Shown: positions 50,393 through 63,570 of the stretch, in pieces | How positions within the stretch are numbered: position 1 is the first letter of the stretch | Layout of the letters: every line of letters starts with the position of its first letter | NCBI GenBank assembly: GCA_963766735.1 | Contig: CAVYBU010000021.1 | Span: forward strand, 32,001 to 96,000 | Direction: 5' to 3' | Source of the DNA: an uncultured Chloroflexia bacterium | GTDB lineage: Bacteria > Chloroflexota > Limnocylindria > Limnocylindrales > CSP1-4 | Length of the DNA stretch: 64,000 nt | The notes under the pieces: model-generated | Database searches by the model: none | Seen by the model: only the letters and a program-made list of their open reading frames with translations | Told to the model about the DNA's origin: nothing | Program-made: the position numbers and the translations under genes

Positions 50393-50953
50393 TCAGCGCC
50401 CGTCCACGTTGGCCACGCGCCCGCGGGTCCCGACCCGTGCGCCACGCAGGACGACCAGCCCGAGCCCGATGAGCAGGACCGGCCAGTAGTCGAGGACCTG
50501 GACGGCCTGTCCACCGATCAGCAGCGACCCGCCGATGACTGCGAGGATGCCGCCGGGGACGAGGGGCCACCAGTGGTGCCCGGTCACGCGAAGCAGGCCG
50601 CCGATGACCCAGACCGACAGGAACCCGAGCCCGAGACCAAGGACCACGACGCCCGAGGTCATCTCATCGGTGCCGGTGATCTGCTGGGTCACGGCGATTC
50701 CGGCCCCGAGGCCGGTCAGGATCCCCGCCGGGACCAGGAGCCCGTACTGGCGAGTGACCGCGTGGGCTGCCATGAACGCGAGGCCCATGATGAGCACGAT
50801 CCATGAGCCCGCCCCCGGCGTCGTCTCCGTCGCGCGGAGGGCCAGGGTGCTGGCACCGATGGTGATGAGGGTCGCGGCAGCCGCGAGCTGGTTGCGCGAC
50901 CGGGTGGAGAGCGAGACAGGTGAGCTGGTTGTAGCGGAAGCCTGGTTGATCAT
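50393..50953 (-). CDS. Multi-pass membrane protein (LiaF/LiaI-like repeats)
   Basis: GLLVPAGIL / WPLVPGGIL / YWPVLLIGLG. Confidence 0.75.
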   Translation of the reverse strand: MINQASATTSSPVSLSTRSRNQLAAAATLITIGASTLALRATETTPGAGSWIVLIMGLAFMAAHAVTRQYGLLVPAGILTGLGAGIAVTQQITGTDEMTSGVVVLGLGLGFLSVWVIGGLLRVTGHHWWPLVPGGILAVIGGSLLIGGQAVQVLDYWPVLLIGLGLVVLRGARVGTRGRVANVDGR

Positions 50954-50981
50954 CGGACGTACCTTTCGTGGGTCTAGATAC

Positions 50982-51002
50982 TTACTGATTAGTCGCAAAG
51001 TT
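50982..51002. promoter_or_regulatory. Putative TetR operator upstream of the membrane-protein/flavodoxin operon
   Basis: ttactgattagtcgcaaagtt matches the reverse complement of 51596-51616 at 18/21 positions. Confidence 0.65.
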
Positions 51003-51028
51003 CACGAGGCAAAAAAGGGGAACGCGGC

Positions 51029-51589
51029 TCAACTTGCAGGGGCGCCACCTCCGGGGATCAGCGAGTAGAACTCCTTGAGCGTCTGGGCATCGCCGAAGCT
51101 GGCGATGACGTTGATCAGCATGCCGTTGGCAAACCATGTCTGGACCGCCTGCGGGTCCGCCCCGGAGACCGAGGCAACGGTCCGCCACAGCGTGTTGTAC
51201 TCGCTCCGCACGAGGGCCTGGACGTCCGGGTCGCTGCAGGCTGCGTAGGCGTGCAGCTGGAGCCGGAGCAGGTCGCGATCGGCGAGCAGCAACTCCACGT
51301 AGCTGTTGCCCATGTGGGTGAGGATGCTGATCGGATCCGGGTCCAGGGCCGCCGCCTGCCGGGCCGACACCTGGAAGCGGTCGCCGGTTCGCGCAAAGCA
51401 GTCACGGACCGTCGCGAGGAAAAGCTCCTTCTTGGTCCCGAACAGCTGGAACAGGTAGGGCTGCGAGACGCCTGCCCGCCGGGCGATCGACCCGGTCGAG
51501 GTTCCGGCGTATCCGCCGGCGGCAAACTCGACTGAGGCGGCGGCGATCACTTCACCTCGGCGGTCATCGGCGCTCATCCGTGTGCTCAT
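51029..51589 (-). CDS. TetR/AcrR family regulator (probably leaderless from ATG 51589)
   Basis: FAAGGYAGTSTGSIARRAGVSQPYLFQLFGTKKELF. Confidence 0.92.
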   Translation of the reverse strand: MSTRMSADDRRGEVIAAASVEFAAGGYAGTSTGSIARRAGVSQPYLFQLFGTKKELFLATVRDCFARTGDRFQVSARQAAALDPDPISILTHMGNSYVELLLADRDLLRLQLHAYAACSDPDVQALVRSEYNTLWRTVASVSGADPQAVQTWFANGMLINVIASFGDAQTLKEFYSLIPGGGAPAS

Positions 51590-51595
51590 GGGCAT

Positions 51596-51624
51596 AACTT
51601 AGCGACTACTAAGTAACTTGTCAA
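51596..51624 (-). promoter_or_regulatory. Sigma70-type promoter overlapped by a putative operator
   Basis: TTGACA-N17-TAAGTT, 6 nt before the ATG at 51589. Confidence 0.75.
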
Positions 51625-51772
51625 GAGGAATCTTCACATCCTGGGATCCGGATGCGCGCCACGTTGATCTCGAGCGGCAAGCGGGGGCAATCGGACAGGG
51701 TGGCGTCCGTTCGCCCGAGCCGTCCAGCGGGCAAGGCCCAGCGCTGTGCTGGTGGGCTCGGCTCCCAGGCCG

Positions 51773-53485
51773 TCAGCAGTTGCTCTTGTCGGCCGCGACG
51801 CGCTCCGCCCGAAGGTCCTTCCGCAGGACCTTGCCGATCATCGTCTTGGGCAGCTCGCTGCGGATCTCGATCCCGGACGGGACCTTGAAGCGCGCGAGGT
51901 TGGCCCGGCAATGGTCGAGCAGCTCCGGCACCGTCGTGGTGGCGCCTTCGTTCAGCACCACGAACGCGAAGGGCACCTCGCCCAGGCGCTCCTCCGGGAC
52001 GCCGATCACCGCGGCATCGCAAACCGCCGCGTGGCACATGAGGACGTCCTCAACCTCGCGCGGGTAGACGTTGATGCCGCCCACGATGATGAGGTCCTTG
52101 GCACGGTCCACGATGGTGAAGAAGCCGTCGTTGTCCATGGTGGCGATGTCGCCCGTCCGCAGCCACCCATCCCGGAGCACCGCGGCGGTCTCCTCGGGTC
52201 GGTGCCAGTAGCCGGCCATCACCTGTGGTCCTCGGACCTCCAGCTCGCCCGTCTCGCCGACGGCGACCGGTGCCCCCGTCTGCGAGTCGATCACCCGGGC
52301 GTCCGTCGAGGGGAACGGGAGGCCGATCGTGCCGTTCCGCCGGTCGCCGCGGATCGGGTTGCAGTGCGTCACCGGGGAGGCCTCCGTCAGGCCGTAGCCC
52401 TCGCACACCCGCCCGTGGGTGATCTCCTCGAAGGAGCGCTGCACCTCGAGCCCCAGGGGTGCCGCGCCGCTGATGCAGGCATCGATGCTCGAGAGGTCGT
52501 ACTTCTCGACGCCGGGATAGCGGGCAAGCGTCTGGTACATCGTCGGCGCCCCGGGGAAGAGCCGCGGGTGATGCTTGGCCGCCGTCTTGAGCACCTGGTG
52601 GGGGTCGAACCGCGGCAGCAGGAGCAGGGTTCCGCCCGTGAGCATCGCGTAGTTCAGGTCGACGGTGAGCCCGTAGATGTGGAACAGAGGCAACGGGCAG
52701 AGCATGACCGGTGGGCCGTCGTCGGTGGCGGTGGGGAACCAGGCCGCAACCTGGCACGCGTTGGCGACCAGGTTGCGGTGCGTGAGCATCGCCGTCTTGG
52801 GAGTTCCCGTCGTGCCGCCCGTCGGCTGCAGCACGGCCAGGTCGTCCGATGTCGCCCTGGATTCCACTGCCTCGGCCGAGGCCTCGGCAAGGAGCCGGAA
52901 CAGGTTGGGTGTCTCGTCGTTGTGCGGCTGCGGATTCCAGCGCCCCTCGCGGCGCGCCTTGATCGGGTAGAGCCAGCGAATCGGGACGGGCAACGAGTCC
53001 TGGATGCCGGTGACGATCAGGCGGCCCGGCCGCCCGCCTCCGTCGCTCGCGACCTTGCGCATCCGGGGAACCAGCACGTCCATCGTCACTGACACCGCGG
53101 GAGCCGTGTCGGTGAACAGGATCTTCAGCTCCCGCTCCACGTAGAGCGGGTTCATCGGCACCGCCACAGCGCCTGCCCGCAGGGTGCCCATCAGGGCAAT
53201 CACGAATGCCGGGGTTGTCGGCAGGTGGATGCTGACCCGGTCTCCCTTCTCGACGTCCATCGCCCGCAGGACATGGGCGAAGCGATCCGCCGCCTGGTCC
53301 AGCTCCGCGTATGACGTGAGGGCGCCCAGGAAGTTCAGCGCCGTGTGGTCGGGTGCCCGTCTGGCGGCTTCGCGGAGGAGACCGTCGACGGGGATCGTGG
53401 GGATTTCGATCTCCGCGGCGACGCCGCGCTCGTAGTGGGCGATCCAGGGACGCTCTGGGGGAGCCATCGGCATGACCGCATTCAT
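51773..53485 (-). CDS. fadD: Long-chain-fatty-acid--CoA ligase
   Basis: PTGGTTGTPK, LPLFHIYG, EGYGLTEASP, TGD, LPKTMIGKV. Confidence 0.92.
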   Translation of the reverse strand: MNAVMPMAPPERPWIAHYERGVAAEIEIPTIPVDGLLREAARRAPDHTALNFLGALTSYAELDQAADRFAHVLRAMDVEKGDRVSIHLPTTPAFVIALMGTLRAGAVAVPMNPLYVERELKILFTDTAPAVSVTMDVLVPRMRKVASDGGGRPGRLIVTGIQDSLPVPIRWLYPIKARREGRWNPQPHNDETPNLFRLLAEASAEAVESRATSDDLAVLQPTGGTTGTPKTAMLTHRNLVANACQVAAWFPTATDDGPPVMLCPLPLFHIYGLTVDLNYAMLTGGTLLLLPRFDPHQVLKTAAKHHPRLFPGAPTMYQTLARYPGVEKYDLSSIDACISGAAPLGLEVQRSFEEITHGRVCEGYGLTEASPVTHCNPIRGDRRNGTIGLPFPSTDARVIDSQTGAPVAVGETGELEVRGPQVMAGYWHRPEETAAVLRDGWLRTGDIATMDNDGFFTIVDRAKDLIIVGGINVYPREVEDVLMCHAAVCDAAVIGVPEERLGEVPFAFVVLNEGATTTVPELLDHCRANLARFKVPSGIEIRSELPKTMIGKVLRKDLRAERVAADKSNC

Positions 53486-53510
53486 CGTGAACCCTCCTTG
53501 CCCATTGACG

Positions 53511-55271
53511 TCAGATCGGATAGGCGACCCGCTCGACAACGGCCGCGGCCACGCGCCTGGCGATCGCGATCTGGTCGACCGGGTCCCCGCGTAGCAGGCG
53601 GCGGATGCCCGCGACCAGGGTGCGCGCCTCATCCCCGTCGGCGATGCCCGCCGCCAGGCGCTTGGCACGCTGCTCGCCCGAACCGGCCCGCTCCGCCACG
53701 ACGAGTCGTGCCAGGTCGTGATGGCGCGGATCGGCCGCCGCTTTCGCGCGCTCGACAGCGCTTTCCATGGCGAACAGGTCGATCGCCAGGTCCGCGATGC
53801 CGCTGAGCACCTCCTGCTCCTGGTCCAGTTGGGTGCCGTGGCGCTGTACCGCGGCCCCGGCGAGCAGCAGGGTCACGGTGCGCATGGCGGCGACGGTTGC
53901 CTCCTCGGCGGCCAGCACCCCGTCGAAGCTCGGCAGGTCACCCCCCATGAGAGTCTCCTGGGCCCGTCGTGCGGGACCCAGCAGGTCGAGCCGCCCGGCC
54001 ATCGCCCGCTTGAGGAGGGTGCCCGGCACCAGGAGCCGGTTCACCTCGTTGGTGCCCTCCCAGATGCGATGGATGCGGGCGTCGCGGTAGGCGGTCGAGG
54101 CTGGGTAGGCGTCGATGTAGCCGTAGCCGCCGTGCACCTGGACCAGCTCGTCCACGACGTAGCCAAGCTCCTCGCTGGCGAGGACCTTGGCGATGCTGCA
54201 CTCGACCGCATATTCCTCCAGCGCGGCGCGGATCGCGACCGCAGACGAAGCGTCCTCGGCCGCGGCGAGCCTGGCGTCGAGCAGGCCCCCGATCCGGTAC
54301 ACGACCGACTCCACCGCGTAGGTGCGGGTCGCCATCGCCGCCAGCTTGGCGCCGATGAGCGGGAAGTCGACCAGCCTGCGTCCGAATGCCATCCGCTCGC
54401 AGGCGTATTGCGTCGCGACCCCGACCGCCGGACGCATGCCGCCCAGGCACGCGGCCGCGAGCTTGAAGCGACCGACGTTGAGGACGTTGAAGGCCACGCG
54501 ATGGCCCTTGCCCTCCTCGCCCAGCAGGTTCTCCGCCGGGACCACCACTCCGTCGAGGACCAAGGGGCACGTGGAGGCGCCGTGGAGGCCCATCTTCTGC
54601 TCTTCGATGCCGACCGAGAGCCCCGGCGTGTCGCGCTCGACCAGGAACGCGGTGAACTGCTCGCCGTCGATCTTGGCGTAGACGGTGAACAGGTCCGCGA
54701 AGCCCGAGTTGGTGATGAACTGCTTCGTCCCGTCGAGCCGCCACGACCCATCGGCCTGGCGGGTTGCGCGAGTGCGGATCGCCATCGCGTCCGACCCGGC
54801 CGAGGGCTCCGTCAGCGCGTACGCGCCGACCGTGGTTCCCGCCGCCAGACCGGGCAGGTAGCGGCTCTTCTGGGAGTCGGTCCCGAAGAAGACGATGGGC
54901 AGCGTGCCGATCCCGGAGTGGGCGGCATAGGTGACGGCAAACGAGCCTGCCCCCGCGATCCCCTCGTTGACGACCAGGGAGGTGATCCGATCGAGGCCCG
55001 CCCCGCCGTATTCCTCCGGGACATCGATCCCGAGGAACCCGTCGCTCCCCATGCGCTCCAGCAGCCGGCGGTGCGTCGCGTAGTCACGCGCCTCGACGGC
55101 ATCGCGCCGGGGATCGACCTCTCGATCGACGAAGGCCTTCACGGAGTCCCGGATTGCACGATGCTCGCTGCTCAGCTGCTCGGGGGTGAAGATGCCCTGC
55201 GGCCCCAGCGGACCGGTGAGGAACGCGCCCCCCGGCACGCTGACGGCGCGATCCTGCAGCTCGGTGGTCAT
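53511..55271 (-). CDS. fadE: Acyl-CoA dehydrogenase (long, FadE type)
   Basis: YALTEPSAGSDA, GTKQFITN, QVHGGYGY, RIWEGTNEVNR. Confidence 0.93.
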   Translation of the reverse strand: MTTELQDRAVSVPGGAFLTGPLGPQGIFTPEQLSSEHRAIRDSVKAFVDREVDPRRDAVEARDYATHRRLLERMGSDGFLGIDVPEEYGGAGLDRITSLVVNEGIAGAGSFAVTYAAHSGIGTLPIVFFGTDSQKSRYLPGLAAGTTVGAYALTEPSAGSDAMAIRTRATRQADGSWRLDGTKQFITNSGFADLFTVYAKIDGEQFTAFLVERDTPGLSVGIEEQKMGLHGASTCPLVLDGVVVPAENLLGEEGKGHRVAFNVLNVGRFKLAAACLGGMRPAVGVATQYACERMAFGRRLVDFPLIGAKLAAMATRTYAVESVVYRIGGLLDARLAAAEDASSAVAIRAALEEYAVECSIAKVLASEELGYVVDELVQVHGGYGYIDAYPASTAYRDARIHRIWEGTNEVNRLLVPGTLLKRAMAGRLDLLGPARRAQETLMGGDLPSFDGVLAAEEATVAAMRTVTLLLAGAAVQRHGTQLDQEQEVLSGIADLAIDLFAMESAVERAKAAADPRHHDLARLVVAERAGSGEQRAKRLAAGIADGDEARTLVAGIRRLLRGDPVDQIAIARRVAAAVVERVAYPI

Positions 55272-56518
55272 GCCGCCCGTCCTTCCGTCGTGTTCTGCGG
55301 GCCTGACGGGTCGATCACCGCCGCCTGTCGGCCGCCCAGCCATTCGATCACTCCTGCCGCACCCTGCCCCCCGCCCACGCACATCGTCACCAGCCCGTAG
55401 CGCGCCTGCCGGCGCGCCAGCTCGGACAGGATCTGGACCGTGAGCTTGGCCCCGGTCGCACCGAGGGGATGGCCGAGCGCGATTGCGCCGCCGTTGACGT
55501 TGGTGCGCTCAGGGTCAAGCTCCAGGAGGCGAACCACTGCCACTACCTGCGCCGCGAAGGCCTCGTTGAGCTCGATCAGGTCGATGTCGGCGAGCGCGAT
55601 GTCCGCCTTGCGGAGCGCCTTGGGCACCGCGTCGACCGGCCCGATCCCCATCAGCGCGGGATCCACCCCGGCGGTGGCAAAGCTGACCAGGCGTCCGAGC
55701 GGCTCGAGGCCCAGCTGCGCTGCGCGCTCCGCGGTCATGACGACGAGCGCCGAGGCACCGTCGCTCAGCGGGCTCGAGTTGCCGGCCGTCACCGTTCCAC
55801 CCGTCGCAAAGACCGGCTTCAGCGCGGCCATCCGCACGGGATCGGCGTCGTGCCGGATCGCTTCGTCGGTCTCGAACCGCTCCTCCCGCACGGCGGGCCG
55901 TCCGTCGTCGTCCACCTCGGTCAGGCGCACCTGCACCGGGACGATCTCCTCGCGGAAGCGTCCCTCCCGCTGTGCTGCCGACGCGCGCTCGTGCGAGCGC
56001 AGCCCCCAGGCGTCCTGATCGTCGCGGGTCACGCCGTAGCGCGCCGCGACGTTCTCCGCGGTGAGCCCCATCGAGACGTACGCCTCCGGTCGGGCATCGG
56101 TGAGCGAGGGCTCGGGTGCGAACCGGTGTCCGATCATGGGCACGAAGCTCATGGACTCCATGCCGCCGGCGACCACGACGTCGTGCACCCCGGTGCTGAC
56201 GGCGGCGCTGGCGAGCGCGAGGGCCTGGAGGCCCGACGCACAGAAGCGGTTGATCGTCATCGCGCTCGCGCTGTCGGGGATCCCGGCCCCCAGCACCACC
56301 TGGCGCGCGATGTTGAGACCCTGGGCGCCTTCCGGCATCGCGCAGCCGAGGACCAGGTCCTCGACCTCGGCCGGGTCGAGCCCCGGGGCCCGAGCCAGCG
56401 CCTCGCGGACGGCGATCATGGCGAGAATTGCGGGCGACGTCTCGCGCAGCGTGCCACGCGGAGCCCGGCCGACCGCGGTCCGCACGGCGGAGACGATGAC
56501 AGCGTCACGCATCGGCAT
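55268..56518 (-). CDS. fadA: Acetyl-CoA C-acyltransferase (thiolase)
   Basis: INRFCASG, NEAFA, GHPLGATG, CVGGGQG. Confidence 0.95.
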   Translation of the reverse strand: MPMRDAVIVSAVRTAVGRAPRGTLRETSPAILAMIAVREALARAPGLDPAEVEDLVLGCAMPEGAQGLNIARQVVLGAGIPDSASAMTINRFCASGLQALALASAAVSTGVHDVVVAGGMESMSFVPMIGHRFAPEPSLTDARPEAYVSMGLTAENVAARYGVTRDDQDAWGLRSHERASAAQREGRFREEIVPVQVRLTEVDDDGRPAVREERFETDEAIRHDADPVRMAALKPVFATGGTVTAGNSSPLSDGASALVVMTAERAAQLGLEPLGRLVSFATAGVDPALMGIGPVDAVPKALRKADIALADIDLIELNEAFAAQVVAVVRLLELDPERTNVNGGAIALGHPLGATGAKLTVQILSELARRQARYGLVTMCVGGGQGAAGVIEWLGGRQAAVIDPSGPQNTTEGRAA

Positions 56519-56527
56519 GCGGACCTC

Positions 56528-58836
56528 CTAGTTGCGGAGCGGCTTGCCCGTCTTGAGGATGTGGCGAATTCGATCGCGGGTCAGGCGCTCGCCGAGCAGC
56601 CGCAGGAATGCCTCGCGTTCGAGGTCGAGCAGGTGCGACTCGCCGACGCGGGTCCCCTCGGCCACGTCGCCGCCGCTCATCACGCGCGCGAGCTCGATGA
56701 CGACGCGCCGGTCGTGCTCGCTGATCCGGCGCGCATGGAGCTGGTTGTAGCTGAGCGACTCGGCGGCGGCGATGCCCCTCCGGCCAAGGACCTGGATGGG
56801 AGCGGGCGCGGGGGGACGGTAGCCTCCGTCGGCCAGCGTGCGCGCGGTGCGGGCGGCATCGAGCCACTGGCGATCCGGGTCCGCGGTGAGCGGATCGCGG
56901 TCGTCGAGCAGCCACAGGGTGACCGCCTCGGCAGCGCTCATCGCGACCCTGGCGGTCGCGATCGTCGTGAACACGTGCTGGAAGCCGGGGAAGAGGTCAG
57001 CATCCACGCCGTCGGGCACGGACGCGGCAGCACGGCGCGCCATCGCCGTCGACCCGCCCCCGGCTGGGATGAGCCCGACGCCGACCTCCACGAGCCCGAT
57101 GTACGTCTCGGTGAGCGCCTGGGCACGCGCCGCGGCAAGCACGATCTCGGCGCCGCCGCCGAGCGTCCGGCCGCGTGGGGCGACGACAACCGGAACAGCC
57201 GCGTACCGGATATCCGACGTCAGCGCCTGGAAGCCGCGGACGGCCCGGTCAAGCTCGCCCCATTCGCCGTCCTCGGCCTCGATGAGCAGGAGCGCCAGGT
57301 TGGCGCCGGCGCTGAAGTCGGCGGTGTCGGTGCCGATGACCAGCCCGTCGTAGCGCTCGACCGCGAGCGCCACCGCCCGGCGGAGCATCTCGATGGTGTC
57401 GATGCCGATGACGTTCATCTTGCCGTGCAGCTCCACGCCGAGGATGCCGTCCGCCAGCTCGATGATGCTTGCGGCTGCCCCGGCCGGAAGCTCGCGGGCG
57501 CGCGCCTGCCTGCGCCGTTCGGCCAGGTCCACCGTCCCGGGCCGGCGGGGAGCGGCGTGAGCTCTTCGGCCCGGAAGCTCCAGGTCACGCCCTCTCCGGA
57601 GTAGTGGATCGGGGCTGTGACGCCCGCAGCATCGAGGAGGCTTCGAGCCGGTTCGCCCAGGCCGTCGATCGTCTCCAGCGGGCCGAGCTGCCAGCCGAAG
57701 CCCCAGCGCATGGCCGCGTCGACGCTCCACGCGTCGTCGGCCATGAGCGGAGCGACCGTGGCCGCGTAGACCAGCTCTCCGGAGATGGCACGGCGCAGGA
57801 GCTCGGCGGGCGCATCGCCACCGGCGAGCAGCAGGGCGAGCCGCTTCGACAGGTCGGTCTCCATGCGCGCCATCTCGATCGCTCCGGACGCGATCCGGCG
57901 CCGTGGACGGTACTCCCCGGTCTCGAGGTCCAGCGCGAGGATCTCGCCGTCGGCCTCTCGCCGGAAGAAGCCGGCGCCCGTCTTGCTGCCCAGCGCACCG
58001 CGCTCGACCAGGCTCCGCAGGATCGGCGGGGGCAGGAACCCGTCACGATCGGGGTCGTCGGTCAGGCTCGTGTGGCAGTGCTCGGCGACCGCGAGGGCGA
58101 CGTCGATGCCCACGAGGTCCAGGGTCCGGAACGTCGCGCTCTTGGGGCGCCCGATGAGCTCGCCCGTCAGCTCGTCCACCTCGTCGACGCCCAGGCCCAG
58201 CTCGCGGGCGAGACGGATCATCGTGAGCATGCCGTGGACGCCCAGCCGGTTGGCGATGAAGGCCGGCGTGTCCTTCGCGATGACCACGCCCTTGCCGAGC
58301 AGGAGGCCCGCGTAGCTGGCCAGGGCGGCCATCTCGGCCGCGCTGCTCTCGCCGTGCGGCACGATCTCCAGGAGCCGTGCGTAGCGCGGCGGATTGAAGA
58401 AGTGGGTGCCGAAGAAGCGCCGCCGGAAGGCGTCGGAGCGACCCTCGGCCAATGTCCCAACGGGCAGGCCGCTGGTGTTGGTCGTGACGACGGGCGCCTC
58501 GCGGTCCACCGGCAGCGCCGCGTCGACGCGCTCGAGCAGCGCGCGCTTGGGCTCGAGACGCTCCACGATTGCCTCGAGCACCCAGTCGGCCGCGGCAACC
58601 TCGCGCTCCAGCTCGTCGAACCCACCGGTCCGGATGCGGGCGAGATCAGCCGGTGAATAGGCGGGCGCTGGACGCAAGGCGACGGCACGGTCCAGCCCGG
58701 CGCGGGCGACCCCGGCATCGAGGTCGAGGAGAACCACCCGTGATCCGGCACCGGCGACCAGGCACGCCAGCTGCGCGCCCATCGTCCCGGCACCAAGCAC
58801 GACGACGCGTGGGTAGCGAGGGATCACGGCATTCAC
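56528..58836 (-). CDS. fadN: 3-hydroxyacyl-CoA dehydrogenase / enoyl-CoA hydratase (FadN type; frameshift near 57545)
   Basis: GAGTMG, TNTSG, HFFNPPRY, then in the shifted frame FSAGANL, LGGGAE, GKPLRN. Confidence 0.88.
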
Positions 58837-59492
58837 TCCCGTGCGGCGGGCTGAACCTGCGCTCCGGACCCATCGGGGCAGGGGCGGAGCCCGTCCATGA
58901 AGAGCTCGCAGAGCCGGTCTGCGATCGTGTCGACATCCAGCGGGCCGTCTGGACGGAACCACTGGGTGAACCAGTTGTTCACCGAGAGGATCCCGATCGC
59001 TGCCAGGCGCACGTCGATCGGCCGGAACGACCCGTCCGCGACGCCGGCGATGATCGCGTCGCGCCAGCGGGCCTCGTACGCGTCGCGGCGGGTGATCATC
59101 TCGCGGCGCCGCTCCGGCGACAGAGACCGCAGCTCGATCTGGATGAGGGAGAGCTCGTCGGCGTGGTCCGCGGCGACCCGCAGGTGCTCGCGGATGGCGA
59201 GGCGCAGTCGCTCAGGCGGGGGAGCGTCGGACTCCAGGACCGGGACGACTCGTCGCTCGAGGAGGTCGAACGCACGCGTCAACACCATCCACAGGAGGTC
59301 GTCCTTGCTGGCGATGTAGTGGTAGAGGCTGCCGCGGTTCATCCCGAGCGCCTCGCCCAGGTCCTGCATGCTGGTGGCGTGAAAGCCACGCGCCCGAAAC
59401 AGGGTTGTCGCAGCGGCCAGGAGGTCGACCTCCCGCGGTCGCTGCTGCCCCTGCACCACCCGTGGGGAGCTGGCTGACGACTTCGCGAACAC
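58833..59492 (-). CDS. TetR family regulator (KstR2-like C-terminal domain), first gene of the fad operon
   Basis: GFHATSMQDLGEALGMNRGSLYHYIASKDDLL; WFRPDGPL. Confidence 0.92.
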   Translation of the reverse strand: MFAKSSASSPRVVQGQQRPREVDLLAAATTLFRARGFHATSMQDLGEALGMNRGSLYHYIASKDDLLWMVLTRAFDLLERRVVPVLESDAPPPERLRLAIREHLRVAADHADELSLIQIELRSLSPERRREMITRRDAYEARWRDAIIAGVADGSFRPIDVRLAAIGILSVNNWFTQWFRPDGPLDVDTIADRLCELFMDGLRPCPDGSGAQVQPAARE

Positions 59493-59506
59493 CGGCGCCT
59501 CATCAG

Positions 59507-59524
59507 ATCAAACGAACGTTTGAT
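59507..59524. promoter_or_regulatory. Palindromic operator of the fad operon
   Basis: ATCAAACG-AA-CGTTTGAT, perfect 8-bp arms. Confidence 0.8.
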
Positions 59525-59535
59525 TGATGCCCAAG

Positions 59536-59564
59536 ACGCTAGACGCGTGGCCGCCCTGTGTCAA
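59536..59564 (-). promoter_or_regulatory. Sigma70-type promoter for the TetR-fad operon
   Basis: TTGACA-N17-TAGCGT on the minus strand, just upstream of the palindrome. Confidence 0.7.
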
Positions 59565-59838
59565 CCAGAATCGACCAGGCGGGACGGGCGGCGTCCCGGT
59601 CCCCGCGCGTGACCGAGGCGTGTCCGGCGTCCGGGGGGACTGCCCGAATGGCCCTTGCGACACCACCGGCCGGGGCCGACCATGACACCATTCAGGACGC
59701 CCCCGGCGGGGGCCGGGTGCGTCCGAGTGGTCGATGACCCGCCGTCCGCGCCGTTGACGCCTGGGGATGGAGTTCCTGGGTGCCGGCGGCGTACGGAGGC
59801 GTGGCGCCGGCCCCACAGGTTGCGGAGGACGACGCTAC

Positions 59839-63300
<3,462 letters not shown>

Positions 63301-63570
63301 CACAGAACGGGACGGGGGGCGACCCCCGCGGTCCTCCAGGCGAGGCCCCGGCTCCGGCCGGGGCCTCGCGCATTCGGCGAGGCGGGCTGGCGTCAGAAGC
63401 CGCGAGCGGCCCCGGGCGACGCGTCCCGGCCCCGGCACGCGCCCGCGGGGCATGGCCTGGATTGCGACCCAGCCCATGGAGCGGGGTTCCCGTCGGGGCC
63501 GCGGACAGGCACACTCACGGGGCGCGACCCGACCGGCGATCGCGCGAACCGGAGGACGAGCGATGCGACG

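Noticed and set aside
7780-57550. Eight single-base frameshifts (near 7788 pntB, 11660, 22628, 23570-23617, 29303, 36121, 47706, 57545) as programmed frameshifting, phase variation or pseudogenes
   Set aside because: Those I could localise are +/-1 nt in a short homopolymer (the J-domain one is only bracketed), both sides are intact, and the genes are unrelated and include housekeeping ones. This fits long-read consensus error best; raw reads would decide.
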